The position numbers and the translations under genes are program-made. Positions 40,395 through 49,110 of a stretch of DNA of 64,000 nucleotides are shown here, in pieces; positions within the stretch are counted from its first letter, which is position 1, and every line of letters starts with the position of its first letter. Origin of the DNA: an uncultured virus (IMG/VR IMGVR_UViG_3300010003_000012) (Duplodnaviria; Heunggongvirae; Uroviricota; Caudoviricetes); the IMG/VR virus record IMGVR_UViG_3300010003_000012; one strand, 5' to 3'. The notes beneath the pieces were generated by a model. It made no database searches. It was given only the letters and a program-made list of their open reading frames with translations, and was not told the DNA's origin.

Positions 40395-41825
40395 TTATGA
40401 GTATTTAGCTTCGAATTCTTTTACAAGCTCATTGATTGAATCAGATAGGATGATGCGATCCTGTAGATCTTTTCCTAAATTCGACAATGCAATCTCCTTC
40501 GTTTCTTTCCATTCCGGCACATGTGTAAATGGTTTATTGTCATATGTCGACATGTCTAATCCGTGAAGATAAACGGTTTGATACTCAGAAGTTAATTCAG
40601 CATGCCAACTTTTTTCTCCAGTTGTTTGTTCACGATCTACTACTAGTTGTCCATCTGGATTTCGATAAACATAGACGGCATCTGGAATTGAACGCTTCAA
40701 TGCATCCATGCCAAACTTCATACGTGGCGCTCCGTTCGAGAATGCTGTCTTCATTGCGAATCCTAGCGTATCACGATTGATGTCATTGTAGAATCCGCCA
40801 CCAACACCATAACTAACGAAGCTTAATGGTACCTGACGCAACATGAAGAAGTAGTCTGTTCGTTGAATCATCTTGAAGCTCATGCCCTCACCGATGATCG
40901 CACTTACATTCTTGAGACCATGATGATCGACCTTTTTATAAACTTTTACAACCTGCTCATCAACGTCTCCACTATCCGGACGAATGACGATATGAACTCC
41001 TTTTGAGTCTGCATAGTTTGCCAAAGGAACAAGATACTCATCGATGAAGCGATGTGCATCATATGTGTCGATTACCAATGCAACGACACTCTCTCCGGCA
41101 TCTGCTGTCGCATCAATCGCATGCACGTACCCATCGTATTCAGCGTCATATTGCTGTGTAACTTTATGCGCCAACGCACTGATAGACGATACATTTGCTT
41201 CAGGCGTATGGATCAATGAGTGCAGATCGTCTGTCCCAAATAAGAACATGTTCCAAGCTGTACTTGCCCAGTAAGCATCTTCTAGACTACGATGACCACG
41301 GAATCCAAAGCTGTGTACTCGAGATAGGAAGCTGTCATCATATCCGTACTCCTTCTTCGTATCTTCGAGATACTGACGAATGCGGAATGCTTCGGTAGCT
41401 GTTCCTGATGGGAATGATGACTGCAAGAATACTCCTTCAATCCAAGTAACTAGCTCTCCGAATCCTTTTACCGTGTTGCGAACCTGTGCAAAAGGAGTTC
41501 CTTTAGGACACCAAGTTCCTTCCGGTAGAGATTGGACATGGATCGGGAAGAATCCGTTATGCTCATCAACCACCTTACGAAATAACTCGATCGGTGCTTT
41601 CACCTTGATTGTATTTGATGCATTTTGAAGCTGATCAATCATTTCGTGTGTGATTTGAACAGATAAAACCTCATTCACCATCTCAGCGAATCCGTACAAA
41701 ATCATTCCTGAAGCACGATTGTAGATGTGTGATACTTCGTAGTCTGTGTTAATCTTTAGTCGTTCGTGACTCAAGTTGTATGCGTCTGTAAGCATAAGTG
41801 GATTTGATCGTAAGTCTTTTAACAT
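40395..41825 (-). CDS. nadV: Nicotinamide phosphoribosyltransferase (NadV/Nampt-like)
   Basis: TDAYNLSH, HSFGFRG, IDTYD, IRPDSGD, YGVGG, RDTLGFAMK. Confidence 0.88.
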   Translation of the reverse strand: MLKDLRSNPLMLTDAYNLSHERLKINTDYEVSHIYNRASGMILYGFAEMVNEVLSVQITHEMIDQLQNASNTIKVKAPIELFRKVVDEHNGFFPIHVQSLPEGTWCPKGTPFAQVRNTVKGFGELVTWIEGVFLQSSFPSGTATEAFRIRQYLEDTKKEYGYDDSFLSRVHSFGFRGHRSLEDAYWASTAWNMFLFGTDDLHSLIHTPEANVSSISALAHKVTQQYDAEYDGYVHAIDATADAGESVVALVIDTYDAHRFIDEYLVPLANYADSKGVHIVIRPDSGDVDEQVVKVYKKVDHHGLKNVSAIIGEGMSFKMIQRTDYFFMLRQVPLSFVSYGVGGGFYNDINRDTLGFAMKTAFSNGAPRMKFGMDALKRSIPDAVYVYRNPDGQLVVDREQTTGEKSWHAELTSEYQTVYLHGLDMSTYDNKPFTHVPEWKETKEIALSNLGKDLQDRIILSDSINELVKEFEAKYS

Positions 41826-41876
41826 GTGAATCCCTCCGGAATATTAATTGCAATACTTTTGTTTTAATATATTTTT

Positions 41877-42389
41877 TTAAACTGTGATGTATGGAATTTG
41901 CATTTCTTGATCGTACTGAGGCATATACCGATTGTTCTCCGTAGCGATTACAGGGAACTCGAACAAGACAACCTCTTTCTTCCCAGAACCTTCTTGATAG
42001 CCGTATCCTAATACGCATTCTGTATCCAACATGCTTCGAACTTCTTTTAGAAGCGATTTCTGCATGAGTAAGAATTGCTCTGACTCGAATCCGACTTCTT
42101 TTCCGTAACTCTGAAGGTCTTGGAACGAGTTGTAAAGTATCTCTCCCTCAATCTTGTAAATGTGAGTCGGATAAACTCGACCTTCAATTCCCAATGCTTT
42201 TTCAATCTCCGAAACTGTCTGCATTTCTTGATCAAGAGTGATGATGTCGCTCACGATGTTTGCTAATGCATTAGATAACTTACGCTCTCGCTCTGCTTGA
42301 TAAGCTTTAAGGTGATGAGTTAGTGCTTTTAGTGCTACTTCGTCCATTCTTTTAAGCCGATCTGTTTCTTGAAGTTGAATCATAATCAT
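41877..42389 (-). CDS. Hypothetical protein
   Basis: Co-oriented, overlaps the upstream SLOG gene. Confidence 0.65.
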   Translation of the reverse strand: MIMIQLQETDRLKRMDEVALKALTHHLKAYQAERERKLSNALANIVSDIITLDQEMQTVSEIEKALGIEGRVYPTHIYKIEGEILYNSFQDLQSYGKEVGFESEQFLLMQKSLLKEVRSMLDTECVLGYGYQEGSGKKEVVLFEFPVIATENNRYMPQYDQEMQIPYITV

Positions 42390-42795
42390 TGTTATTTCCC
42401 CCGATGTCTTGTTTTTGTATTTGTGTGATAAATAATGAGATACCGTATTTCTCAGCCAATTGGATCATACTCTTTGTCCCAGTACTTTTACCGTCCCAGA
42501 AGCAAATGCAGTAACTTTCAATTGAACCGCTTGCGTAGATTGCCATTTCCATGTTTCTAAGATGACCTGCCGAATATCCTCTTGAATCCCAATTGGCATT
42601 CAATACTTTCAGCTTCGTCCCGAACTCTTTGGCGAATCTCTCTCCAAGCTTATCTGCGCCATTGGCACCGCCACTCACCACCTCAAGCTCGTCCATTTTA
42701 ATTCCTGATTGATCAAGAACTTCTTGAACTCTCTGCTTGAGGAGATCGTAGTCTGAAAAGTGCCTGCTACCTGCGATGATCATTCTCTTTTTCAT
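42352..42795 (-). CDS. SLOG-family protein (DUF2493/YspA-like)
   Basis: IIAGSR.F.DY, VVSGGA.GAD, W...G..AG..RN..M, FWDGKS.GT. Confidence 0.85.
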   Translation of the reverse strand: MKKRMIIAGSRHFSDYDLLKQRVQEVLDQSGIKMDELEVVSGGANGADKLGERFAKEFGTKLKVLNANWDSRGYSAGHLRNMEMAIYASGSIESYCICFWDGKSTGTKSMIQLAEKYGISLFITQIQKQDIGGNNNDYDSTSRNRSA

Positions 42796-42899
42796 TCAAT
42801 CGCTTCCTTTTCGCTATCTCCTTGCCACAAGATAATAATAGCAAGTAGAGTTGTATATTGCAATACTTTTCTTTAATGTTTTTTTAAGAAGTTTTGTAG

Positions 42900-43454
42900 T
42901 CACAAACGCTCAAGAGATTTAACATAGGCATCGATCTCTGTACGAGTATCTTCCCAAGACTGAGACGTGTCGAATACCTTCATCTGATCAATTAACGGAC
43001 GTAGCTGAGTCTCTGTCGCACCATTCAGTACTACTTCAACATCAACATTCTCTTCTCCATCACGATCCTTCAATCGTTGTATCGCAATATCTTCTGGACA
43101 GAATACCATCGCTTGGTGGTATCCGGATTCAATTAGATATGCATACTCCAATAGTTTACGAGTGTCGGCAATGACAATACGTGGATGACCCTCTTCTTCG
43201 ATCCGACGGATAGTCTCCTTGATCCAAACAAGCTTGTCGATTTCACGCATCTTTTCGCCAATTGCAATGAGAACACTTCGATCTTTAACCTTCATCCCGA
43301 ATAGCTCCTCAGCTAATTCATAGATTCGATCAGCAAAATTATAGACCTTAAATCCATGGTGTTCACAGAGATACGATGCTATCGTGGACTTTCCACTTCC
43401 GGCAATGAAGTTGTTCAGTGACAATCGGATTGGTGTTAATTCTTTCTTTGGCAT
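42900..43454 (-). CDS. Deoxynucleoside-monophosphate kinase-like P-loop protein
   Basis: GSGKST, FAD...ELA, IGEKMR..D..VW, IADTR, RL..RDG. Confidence 0.75.
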   Translation of the reverse strand: MPKKELTPIRLSLNNFIAGSGKSTIASYLCEHHGFKVYNFADRIYELAEELFGMKVKDRSVLIAIGEKMREIDKLVWIKETIRRIEEEGHPRIVIADTRKLLEYAYLIESGYHQAMVFCPEDIAIQRLKDRDGEENVDVEVVLNGATETQLRPLIDQMKVFDTSQSWEDTRTEIDAYVKSLERL

Positions 43455-43526
43455 TGATATTCCTCCTAATTCATATTTGCACTTGGCATTTACGTTCATC
43501 CCCTTCCATGATTTTGTAGTTGGATA

Positions 43527-44383
43527 TTAAGGCTTCACGTAAACATTCACAGTCTTTCTTCCCCAATTAATGGCTTGACCATGATCACGCATGTAAATAT
43601 CGATGCGATGACCTTTGATCGCTCCACCCGTATCTCCGGCAATTGCCATTCCGTATCCTTCAACATATACGGTCGACCCTAAAGGGATGACCGATGGATC
43701 AACAGCAATTACTCTTGCGTTCGGATTTGCCGATAAATTGATTCCCGTAGCTGTCACTCCACTACATCCGGCACAGCTAGCCGTGTATGCACTGGAGCTT
43801 ACACTCACTGCTGTCCAGTCTTTATATGAGCCATTACCGCTACTACTCTTCTCTCTCTCAGCTTCCACTTTAGGTTTCGGTTCTGTCGAAACATCGACGA
43901 CACGAGTAACCTTTTGCGACACTTCGTTCTGAGGTGCCGGAGTTGCGGAAGCCGTAACGGAATGGCTCCTTACTTTTTTACTGACGCTTGTAACTTTGTC
44001 TGCTTTAGCATCTTCTCAAGCTCGTCCGCATTTCGACGGCTCGACTTGAGATCTCGGTTCAGCTTTTCATTGTCCTTGAGCAACTTGTTGTACTTGGATT
44101 TCATATCCTTTTTGTCTTTCTTCATGATGTCGATTAGTCGATTGGTTTCATGCAACTCTGACTTGAGTGTCTTTGTTTCCAGTTGCATCTTGTCAATCGT
44201 ACCTTCTTGGCGTTTTAACGCACTCTCATAGTGAACAATCTTCTCTTGAGTCTTATCCATGGCAATCTTCTCATTCACATACAGACCACTCGTAACGAGC
44301 AGTGCCAAGCTAAATGATACTTTCACTAATGGACTAGACGCTGTACCGAATACACTTCCTCTCTTATTCTTGATTTGGTTCAT
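43527..44383 (-). CDS. Secreted or membrane-anchored coiled-coil plus 3D-domain protein, encoded in two frames joined by a probable -1 frameshift at 43973-43979
   Basis: Frame 0 (44383-43970) gives a hydrophobic segment and coiled coil ending GTA AAA AAG TAA; the -1 frame is open into SAYTA...TATG...IAVDPSVIPLGS...AGDTGGAIKGHRIDIY (3D domain). Confidence 0.8.
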
Positions 44384-44472
44384 ATTATCAATTCCCTTCT
44401 GTGGGTTTTCCACAAGTTCATCGTAACATAATTTGCAATACTTTTGTTTTACGATAATGTTACAAATCAAGC

Positions 44473-45798
44473 TTAGTTGTAGCTTGGTTCCGTTTTATCT
44501 TCTCGAATTGTCTTGAATATCGGGAATCGGAGCGAGAGGTTGCCGTGCTTGTCCACGGACTCCTTGAAGTACTGTACCTCTATAATCTTTCCAATCAGCT
44601 CATCCGAATCAATCCATAGCGATTCTCGTAGCTCATCTGAGAATCCACCACCTACACGAACATCGAATCCTTTATAATCGACGATGACTCCGCCAAGCTT
44701 ACCCTCATTCTTCCCTTCTCCTTCGAAAGTTCCTTTGACCATTAAGTCTGCAGACTCCATGATTTTCACTTTCAAGATGTCAAAAGTCCTTTTTAACTGG
44801 TACGACGCATCAGCCAATTGAACCATAATTCCTTCTTCTTCCATTGCGATCGCTTCTTCAGATAGCTCATTGATTTTATCATGATCAAACATCCCAGTGT
44901 ACAGGGGTTTAACATATGCGATCAATGGTTGATGATGACGTTCAACAACTAGTTCAAGCGCTTTCTTACGCTTGATACACGACGTACTGCATCCACCATT
45001 TTTGAATTCATTGATCGGTAGCATGTCGAATGCATGGAACATGACATTCTTCTTCTCGCCCTTTGTACGGACAATCTTTTGTGTCTTCTGAAACAGCTCA
45101 CTGGACTTCATATTCTCATCATTGATTGCTAGAATCTCACCATCGTAAACGATTCCTCTTGGGAACTCTTTGAAAGCTTCGACGATATCCGTATATCCTT
45201 CAAGCTCTTTACCGCTTCTCGATAGCAACTCGATCGATCCGTCGTCGTGAACGAAGACTGCGCATCTATTTCCGTCAAGCTTAGGAGTAGCAATGATCTG
45301 CTTGCCTTCATATCGGCTGTAATTCTTCTTGATCACGTCTTTACCAGTCTTTCTGTCCTTCTTCTTCTCGGTGTACTTCTCCGCAAGCATCAAATCAAAT
45401 TTAGGGATAAATTCCTCTCCGAAAGCCTTGTTAATCGTTGATTCACTAAACCCGAACTTTAACGACTTGATTGCCATTGCTTCGTATAACCACTTCAAGT
45501 CTGACGACTGAGAACCGATAAATAACTGAATCTCAGCAATCTCCGTATCCTTGCCAGTTGTTCCGGACAAGAATTCAAGGTAGTCGTCAAACGACTTGAT
45601 CGATCCCTTTGCCTCGACATTGGTCACTTTCTTCTGGAGCTTCTTCTTTGCAATATTCGTTTTGAAAAAAGGATTAAATATTTGGTTTAACACTCGTCTA
45701 AGTCGGGTATTCTCTTTATTGTGGGCAAGGATAGACTGTTTGTCATTTTTGCTAGATGTTGAATTGATTTCCAACAGGATGTCTGCTACGTCTTTCAT
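44473..45798 (-). CDS. ATP-dependent DNA ligase
   Basis: KLDGNR adenylation motif, DGEI, FD, EEGIM, LKVK, VGGGFS, LRFP.F...REDK. Confidence 0.93.
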   Translation of the reverse strand: MKDVADILLEINSTSSKNDKQSILAHNKENTRLRRVLNQIFNPFFKTNIAKKKLQKKVTNVEAKGSIKSFDDYLEFLSGTTGKDTEIAEIQLFIGSQSSDLKWLYEAMAIKSLKFGFSESTINKAFGEEFIPKFDLMLAEKYTEKKKDRKTGKDVIKKNYSRYEGKQIIATPKLDGNRCAVFVHDDGSIELLSRSGKELEGYTDIVEAFKEFPRGIVYDGEILAINDENMKSSELFQKTQKIVRTKGEKKNVMFHAFDMLPINEFKNGGCSTSCIKRKKALELVVERHHQPLIAYVKPLYTGMFDHDKINELSEEAIAMEEEGIMVQLADASYQLKRTFDILKVKIMESADLMVKGTFEGEGKNEGKLGGVIVDYKGFDVRVGGGFSDELRESLWIDSDELIGKIIEVQYFKESVDKHGNLSLRFPIFKTIREDKTEPSYN

Positions 45799-45824
45799 GA
45801 TGGGTTTCCTCCGATCGAATTGTT

Positions 45825-46097
45825 TTACTTAGATGAGACCGCTTGAACGGACTCTTCAACTTGATACTTGTAGTTCAGAACCTTCTCTAGAGCAATCTCT
45901 AGTAGTTCTTTAGACTCAAGCTTGTTAACCAATTGGTCAATAGCTTCATTGTTTTCATCAAACGACTCGATCGCCTCTTCATCCGAGACATCAAGTTTCA
46001 TGAGTGACATCGTTTTCTGTAACATTAGCAATCCGTTACTGATGCGTTCGCTAATTTCATCCATTAAATCGTGATCAGATTGATCGTGATGGTTCAT
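45825..46097 (-). CDS. Hypothetical protein
   Basis: AAGGTG RBS. Confidence 0.65.
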   Translation of the reverse strand: MNHHDQSDHDLMDEISERISNGLLMLQKTMSLMKLDVSDEEAIESFDENNEAIDQLVNKLESKELLEIALEKVLNYKYQVEESVQAVSSK

Positions 46098-46557
46098 TGT
46101 AAATCACCTTTCCTTTTTCAAGTTCTTCTGTCGCCTCACGCCACGTCTGGGCAACCGGAGCCAGTTTGCCAGACTGATAATATGACTTGATTTGATCGAC
46201 GACTATTTCTATGCTCCCATCGCATAGTGAGAGTCGCATTTTCATGTTGTTGATCAAGTCCTCAATGAATCCCTCACGAACGCACTCACAGCAGATGCGC
46301 TCGTAGTACACGATCATCATCTTGGTGAAGACGCTGTTTCCCGTTTCATAGACAGAAGATAGCTCAACGAACTCATGGCAAGCCTCTAGATCAAAGTGAC
46401 GCATTAAGATTTCTCGACGTGCTTCAATGAATCCCACGATCGAGCTATTATACTCTTCACATTTCCCCAACAGTACTTCTACCAACGGTTGCTTCCCCTG
46501 TGTTAGCGCCTTAAATCCTGCATTTCCTGATACGTTTGCTTCTGTGAATTTTCTCAT
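46075..46557 (-). CDS. Hypothetical protein, first gene of the ligase operon
   Basis: AAGGAG RBS; follows a sigma-A promoter. Confidence 0.7.
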   Translation of the reverse strand: MRKFTEANVSGNAGFKALTQGKQPLVEVLLGKCEEYNSSIVGFIEARREILMRHFDLEACHEFVELSSVYETGNSVFTKMMIVYYERICCECVREGFIEDLINNMKMRLSLCDGSIEIVVDQIKSYYQSGKLAPVAQTWREATEELEKGKVIYNEPSRSI

Positions 46558-46607
46558 CGTCCGTTTCTCCTTCTATCATCATCTTGCCAATCTCTCCGAA
46601 CAAAATA

Positions 46608-46621
46608 GGAACAAACGTTCT
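46608..46621. promoter_or_regulatory. LexA/DinR (SOS) box
   Basis: GGAACAAACGTTCT matches GAAC-N4-GTTC, just downstream of the promoter. Confidence 0.6.
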
Positions 46622-46635
46622 TAAGTTCTCCGTAA

Positions 46636-46664
46636 ATCTTAGCACCTTAGTCATTTTGTGTCAA
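46636..46664 (-). promoter_or_regulatory. Sigma-A promoter of the ligase operon
   Basis: TTGACA-17-TAAGAT with extended TG. Confidence 0.7.
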
Positions 46665-46977
46665 ACAAAAGTTTTGCAGTTTGTTTAAAATTCAATTTCA
46701 AATATTTCAACTCAATTTCGAAACTCCCACCTAATATTACAAAATGATTACTCATAGTAAAACTTTTGCTTTAGGCGGTGTTAAAATTTACCCAGTAGTC
46801 TTTTGCTACCGAGCATTAAGTACTAATGATGATCAATCAGCTCTGCTTACCTATGATACAATTGACATATCCGTATTGCAAGATAAAATTTCCAAGTCGT
46901 GAATATATTTTTCCAATACGAAACCCATTTCTTTAATTTTTTCAAAAATGGAATAATATGTATTTTGCTTGCTTAAC

Positions 46978-47027
46978 GTAATTATTCCCTGTCACCAGTA
47001 CATCTTATGGTTACAGGGAATAATTAC
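46978..47027. terminator. 20-bp inverted repeat downstream of the repressor gene
   Basis: GTAATTATTCCCTGTCACCA...TGGTTACAGGGAATAATTAC, one mismatch. Confidence 0.6.
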
Positions 47028-47069
47028 ATAGTATCTAATTGGATAATATGAAGCAAGCGTTTGGCAAAA

Positions 47070-48323
47070 TTAGTGCAATACTTTTTCTGCCAACTCAATT
47101 CTGCGACGGATATAGAAGTATGTTGATTCGTTCTTGCTAAGGTTAAATCGTTCGATAACGTATGCGATTGCCTCATCTTGCGAAGCTCCTTCTGCCATCT
47201 TTTCTTTTGCGTAGTGTACTTGTCCGCTATACGATACGTTGGTTGCCGTCAAATATTCATGTCCGGCTAATTTTGCGATACGAAGGATGCGTTGGTTAAC
47301 GTTATTCCAAAGAATCTGCGCATTGTTACGAAGACCACGAAGGATGTATTCACTCTGAGCAATCTTATAGCTACGACTTACGAGACCTTTCGTACTTACA
47401 TACTTCTCGTCGAAGTCCATTGCTTTACGGATCATACGTGCAGTAGTTGAAGAAATCGGTACTTCACGAGCCGGAGACACTTCATCTTCCGTTCTCATCT
47501 CAGGAATCTTGATGATAAGGTTGTCGTAATCTACGTCGCTCTCTTTGATATTGATTAACTCTTGGAATCTGTTTTTGTTACTCACGCCATCAAAGATGAG
47601 GTTCAAGATTACTCCGTCCTGTGCATTTTCGGCATACTCACTTAAGTAGTCGATTTCTTTTTTGTCAAAGAACATATTTTCCTCTGCCTTCTTATCGAGG
47701 AATGCATCGACAGCATCACGGTTATTATATTGGGTAGCGATGTTCACCTGATCAAGATTCTTATGCTTGATTGCAAACTCGATATATTGCTCCATCGTAG
47801 AGATAGAGTTTTGAAGACTACGGATAGTTGTTGCTTTTAATGTTTTTAATAACTCTTCGAATTTTACACTATCAAAATTATATAGGTCTTCGTTATAAAG
47901 TTTTTCAATAACTGCAGTCTTATTAAATAAAAATCTATTTACTCGCTTAGTCTCTTCAGCGTATGGCTGACCTGACTTAGTTCTATGCTGTTCTAAGAAT
48001 AGTTCTTTAAATTCTGGATTAAAAAAGAAGAATACCTCTTTGTCATTTTTGCTCGTACTAGAAGCAATAAAATGCTCTGGGTTAAATGAATCGTCGCCAA
48101 CTTTATTAAAAATTACTTGTAAGAAGAGAATTGCCTCATCGCTATTTAAATGATCAATAGATTTGGTTTTAAAAACTTTCTTAGCGTTCTCTTCTCCAAT
48201 TACTTCTTTCAATGAGTTCTCAACTGATTTCTTTAACATCCCAATCTTAGAAATTCCGTTTAACGTTGAATCAAGTTTTTCCCTAATCTCTTGAAGTTTT
48301 GCATTGTTAATTTTAGTCGCCAT
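47070..48323 (-). CDS. MrpR/YopR-like master repressor (catalytically degenerate tyrosine-recombinase fold) with an N-terminal extension
   Basis: FNPEFKELFL...EKLYNEDLYNF...NAQDGVILNLIFDG....ELINIK..D...YSG resembles SPbeta YopR as recalled; no HxxR/H/Y catalytic set; motif copy upstream. Confidence 0.72.
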   Translation of the reverse strand: MATKINNAKLQEIREKLDSTLNGISKIGMLKKSVENSLKEVIGEENAKKVFKTKSIDHLNSDEAILFLQVIFNKVGDDSFNPEHFIASSTSKNDKEVFFFFNPEFKELFLEQHRTKSGQPYAEETKRVNRFLFNKTAVIEKLYNEDLYNFDSVKFEELLKTLKATTIRSLQNSISTMEQYIEFAIKHKNLDQVNIATQYNNRDAVDAFLDKKAEENMFFDKKEIDYLSEYAENAQDGVILNLIFDGVSNKNRFQELINIKESDVDYDNLIIKIPEMRTEDEVSPAREVPISSTTARMIRKAMDFDEKYVSTKGLVSRSYKIAQSEYILRGLRNNAQILWNNVNQRILRIAKLAGHEYLTATNVSYSGQVHYAKEKMAEGASQDEAIAYVIERFNLSKNESTYFYIRRRIELAEKVLH

Positions 48324-48520
48324 TTTAAATTTCTCCTCCATGTTTTTCTATCCATCCTATGTTTATCAAATAAAGTAAATCTCCGCTATGTATTTCCCTA
48401 TCTGATATCAATACTAATATATCCATTAGCAATTTGCAATACTTTTTCTTTATTTTTGTACTATTTGATTTAATAAAAGTATAATCTCTATACCTAAAAG
48501 CTCAACTCTCTATCGGTAAA

Positions 48521-48943
48521 CTACATAGACATTCTTAATAAGTCGTTATTTGATAGTCTACTCTCTCCTAGACGAAACTCATCGTGACTTACAATGCTAG
48601 CAAAGATAAAACCTAGATCCTCGAATACGTCCTGAACATGCATAGGATCTTTCTTCTTTGATGCATTGAATCCTAGACTATCATGGTATAGAACGTAGAA
48701 TCTCCCCTCATCCGATACGTGCCACATATCACCGTACTTACCTCGGCTTCTAATAGACAGGTCTCCGCCTGCTAACACCTTCACCTTAAGCGTTGGGAAC
48801 TTACTAGCAATATTCATAATCTCAATCTCACTTACCTCTTTCGTTTTGAATCCCTTCATGATCAACTTGTGAGCCTTTTGATACACTCTCACTTCCTTCT
48901 TTGATTTACCGTACTTTAATGATCGTAAGTTTAATCTTCTCAT
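48521..48943 (-). CDS. Hypothetical basic protein
   Basis: ATG 48943 after AAGGAG. Confidence 0.65.
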   Translation of the reverse strand: MRRLNLRSLKYGKSKKEVRVYQKAHKLIMKGFKTKEVSEIEIMNIASKFPTLKVKVLAGGDLSIRSRGKYGDMWHVSDEGRFYVLYHDSLGFNASKKKDPMHVQDVFEDLGFIFASIVSHDEFRLGESRLSNNDLLRMSM

Positions 48944-49110
48944 ATCCAACATCTCCTTTGATTGTCTTCGATAACATATAAAAATGCAATACTTTTGTTT
49001 TATAATATACTGATCAAACCTTTTATAGACCAGTACATTATAAAACAATTTGCAATACTTTCCCTTAATATAATACATTAATTCGAACAAATCAATTTAT
49101 TCATTCGAAT

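Noticed and set aside
40395..41825. NARP1-type pathway (Namat plus ADPR-PP synthetase)
   Set aside because: No PRPP-synthetase-like gene nearby; the partner is an NMN adenylyltransferase
43527..43922. Independent 131-aa 3D gene, or a simple pseudogene
   Set aside because: The GTG has no RBS and no signal peptide, and the break falls exactly on a canonical slippery heptamer; a sequencing error is not fully excluded
6230..49090. Extended N-termini of track ORFs containing KYC or VLQ (e.g. starts 6287, 24734, 35715, 44470, 49090)
   Set aside because: These peptides are translations of the 17-bp motif; the real starts lie downstream next to RBSs
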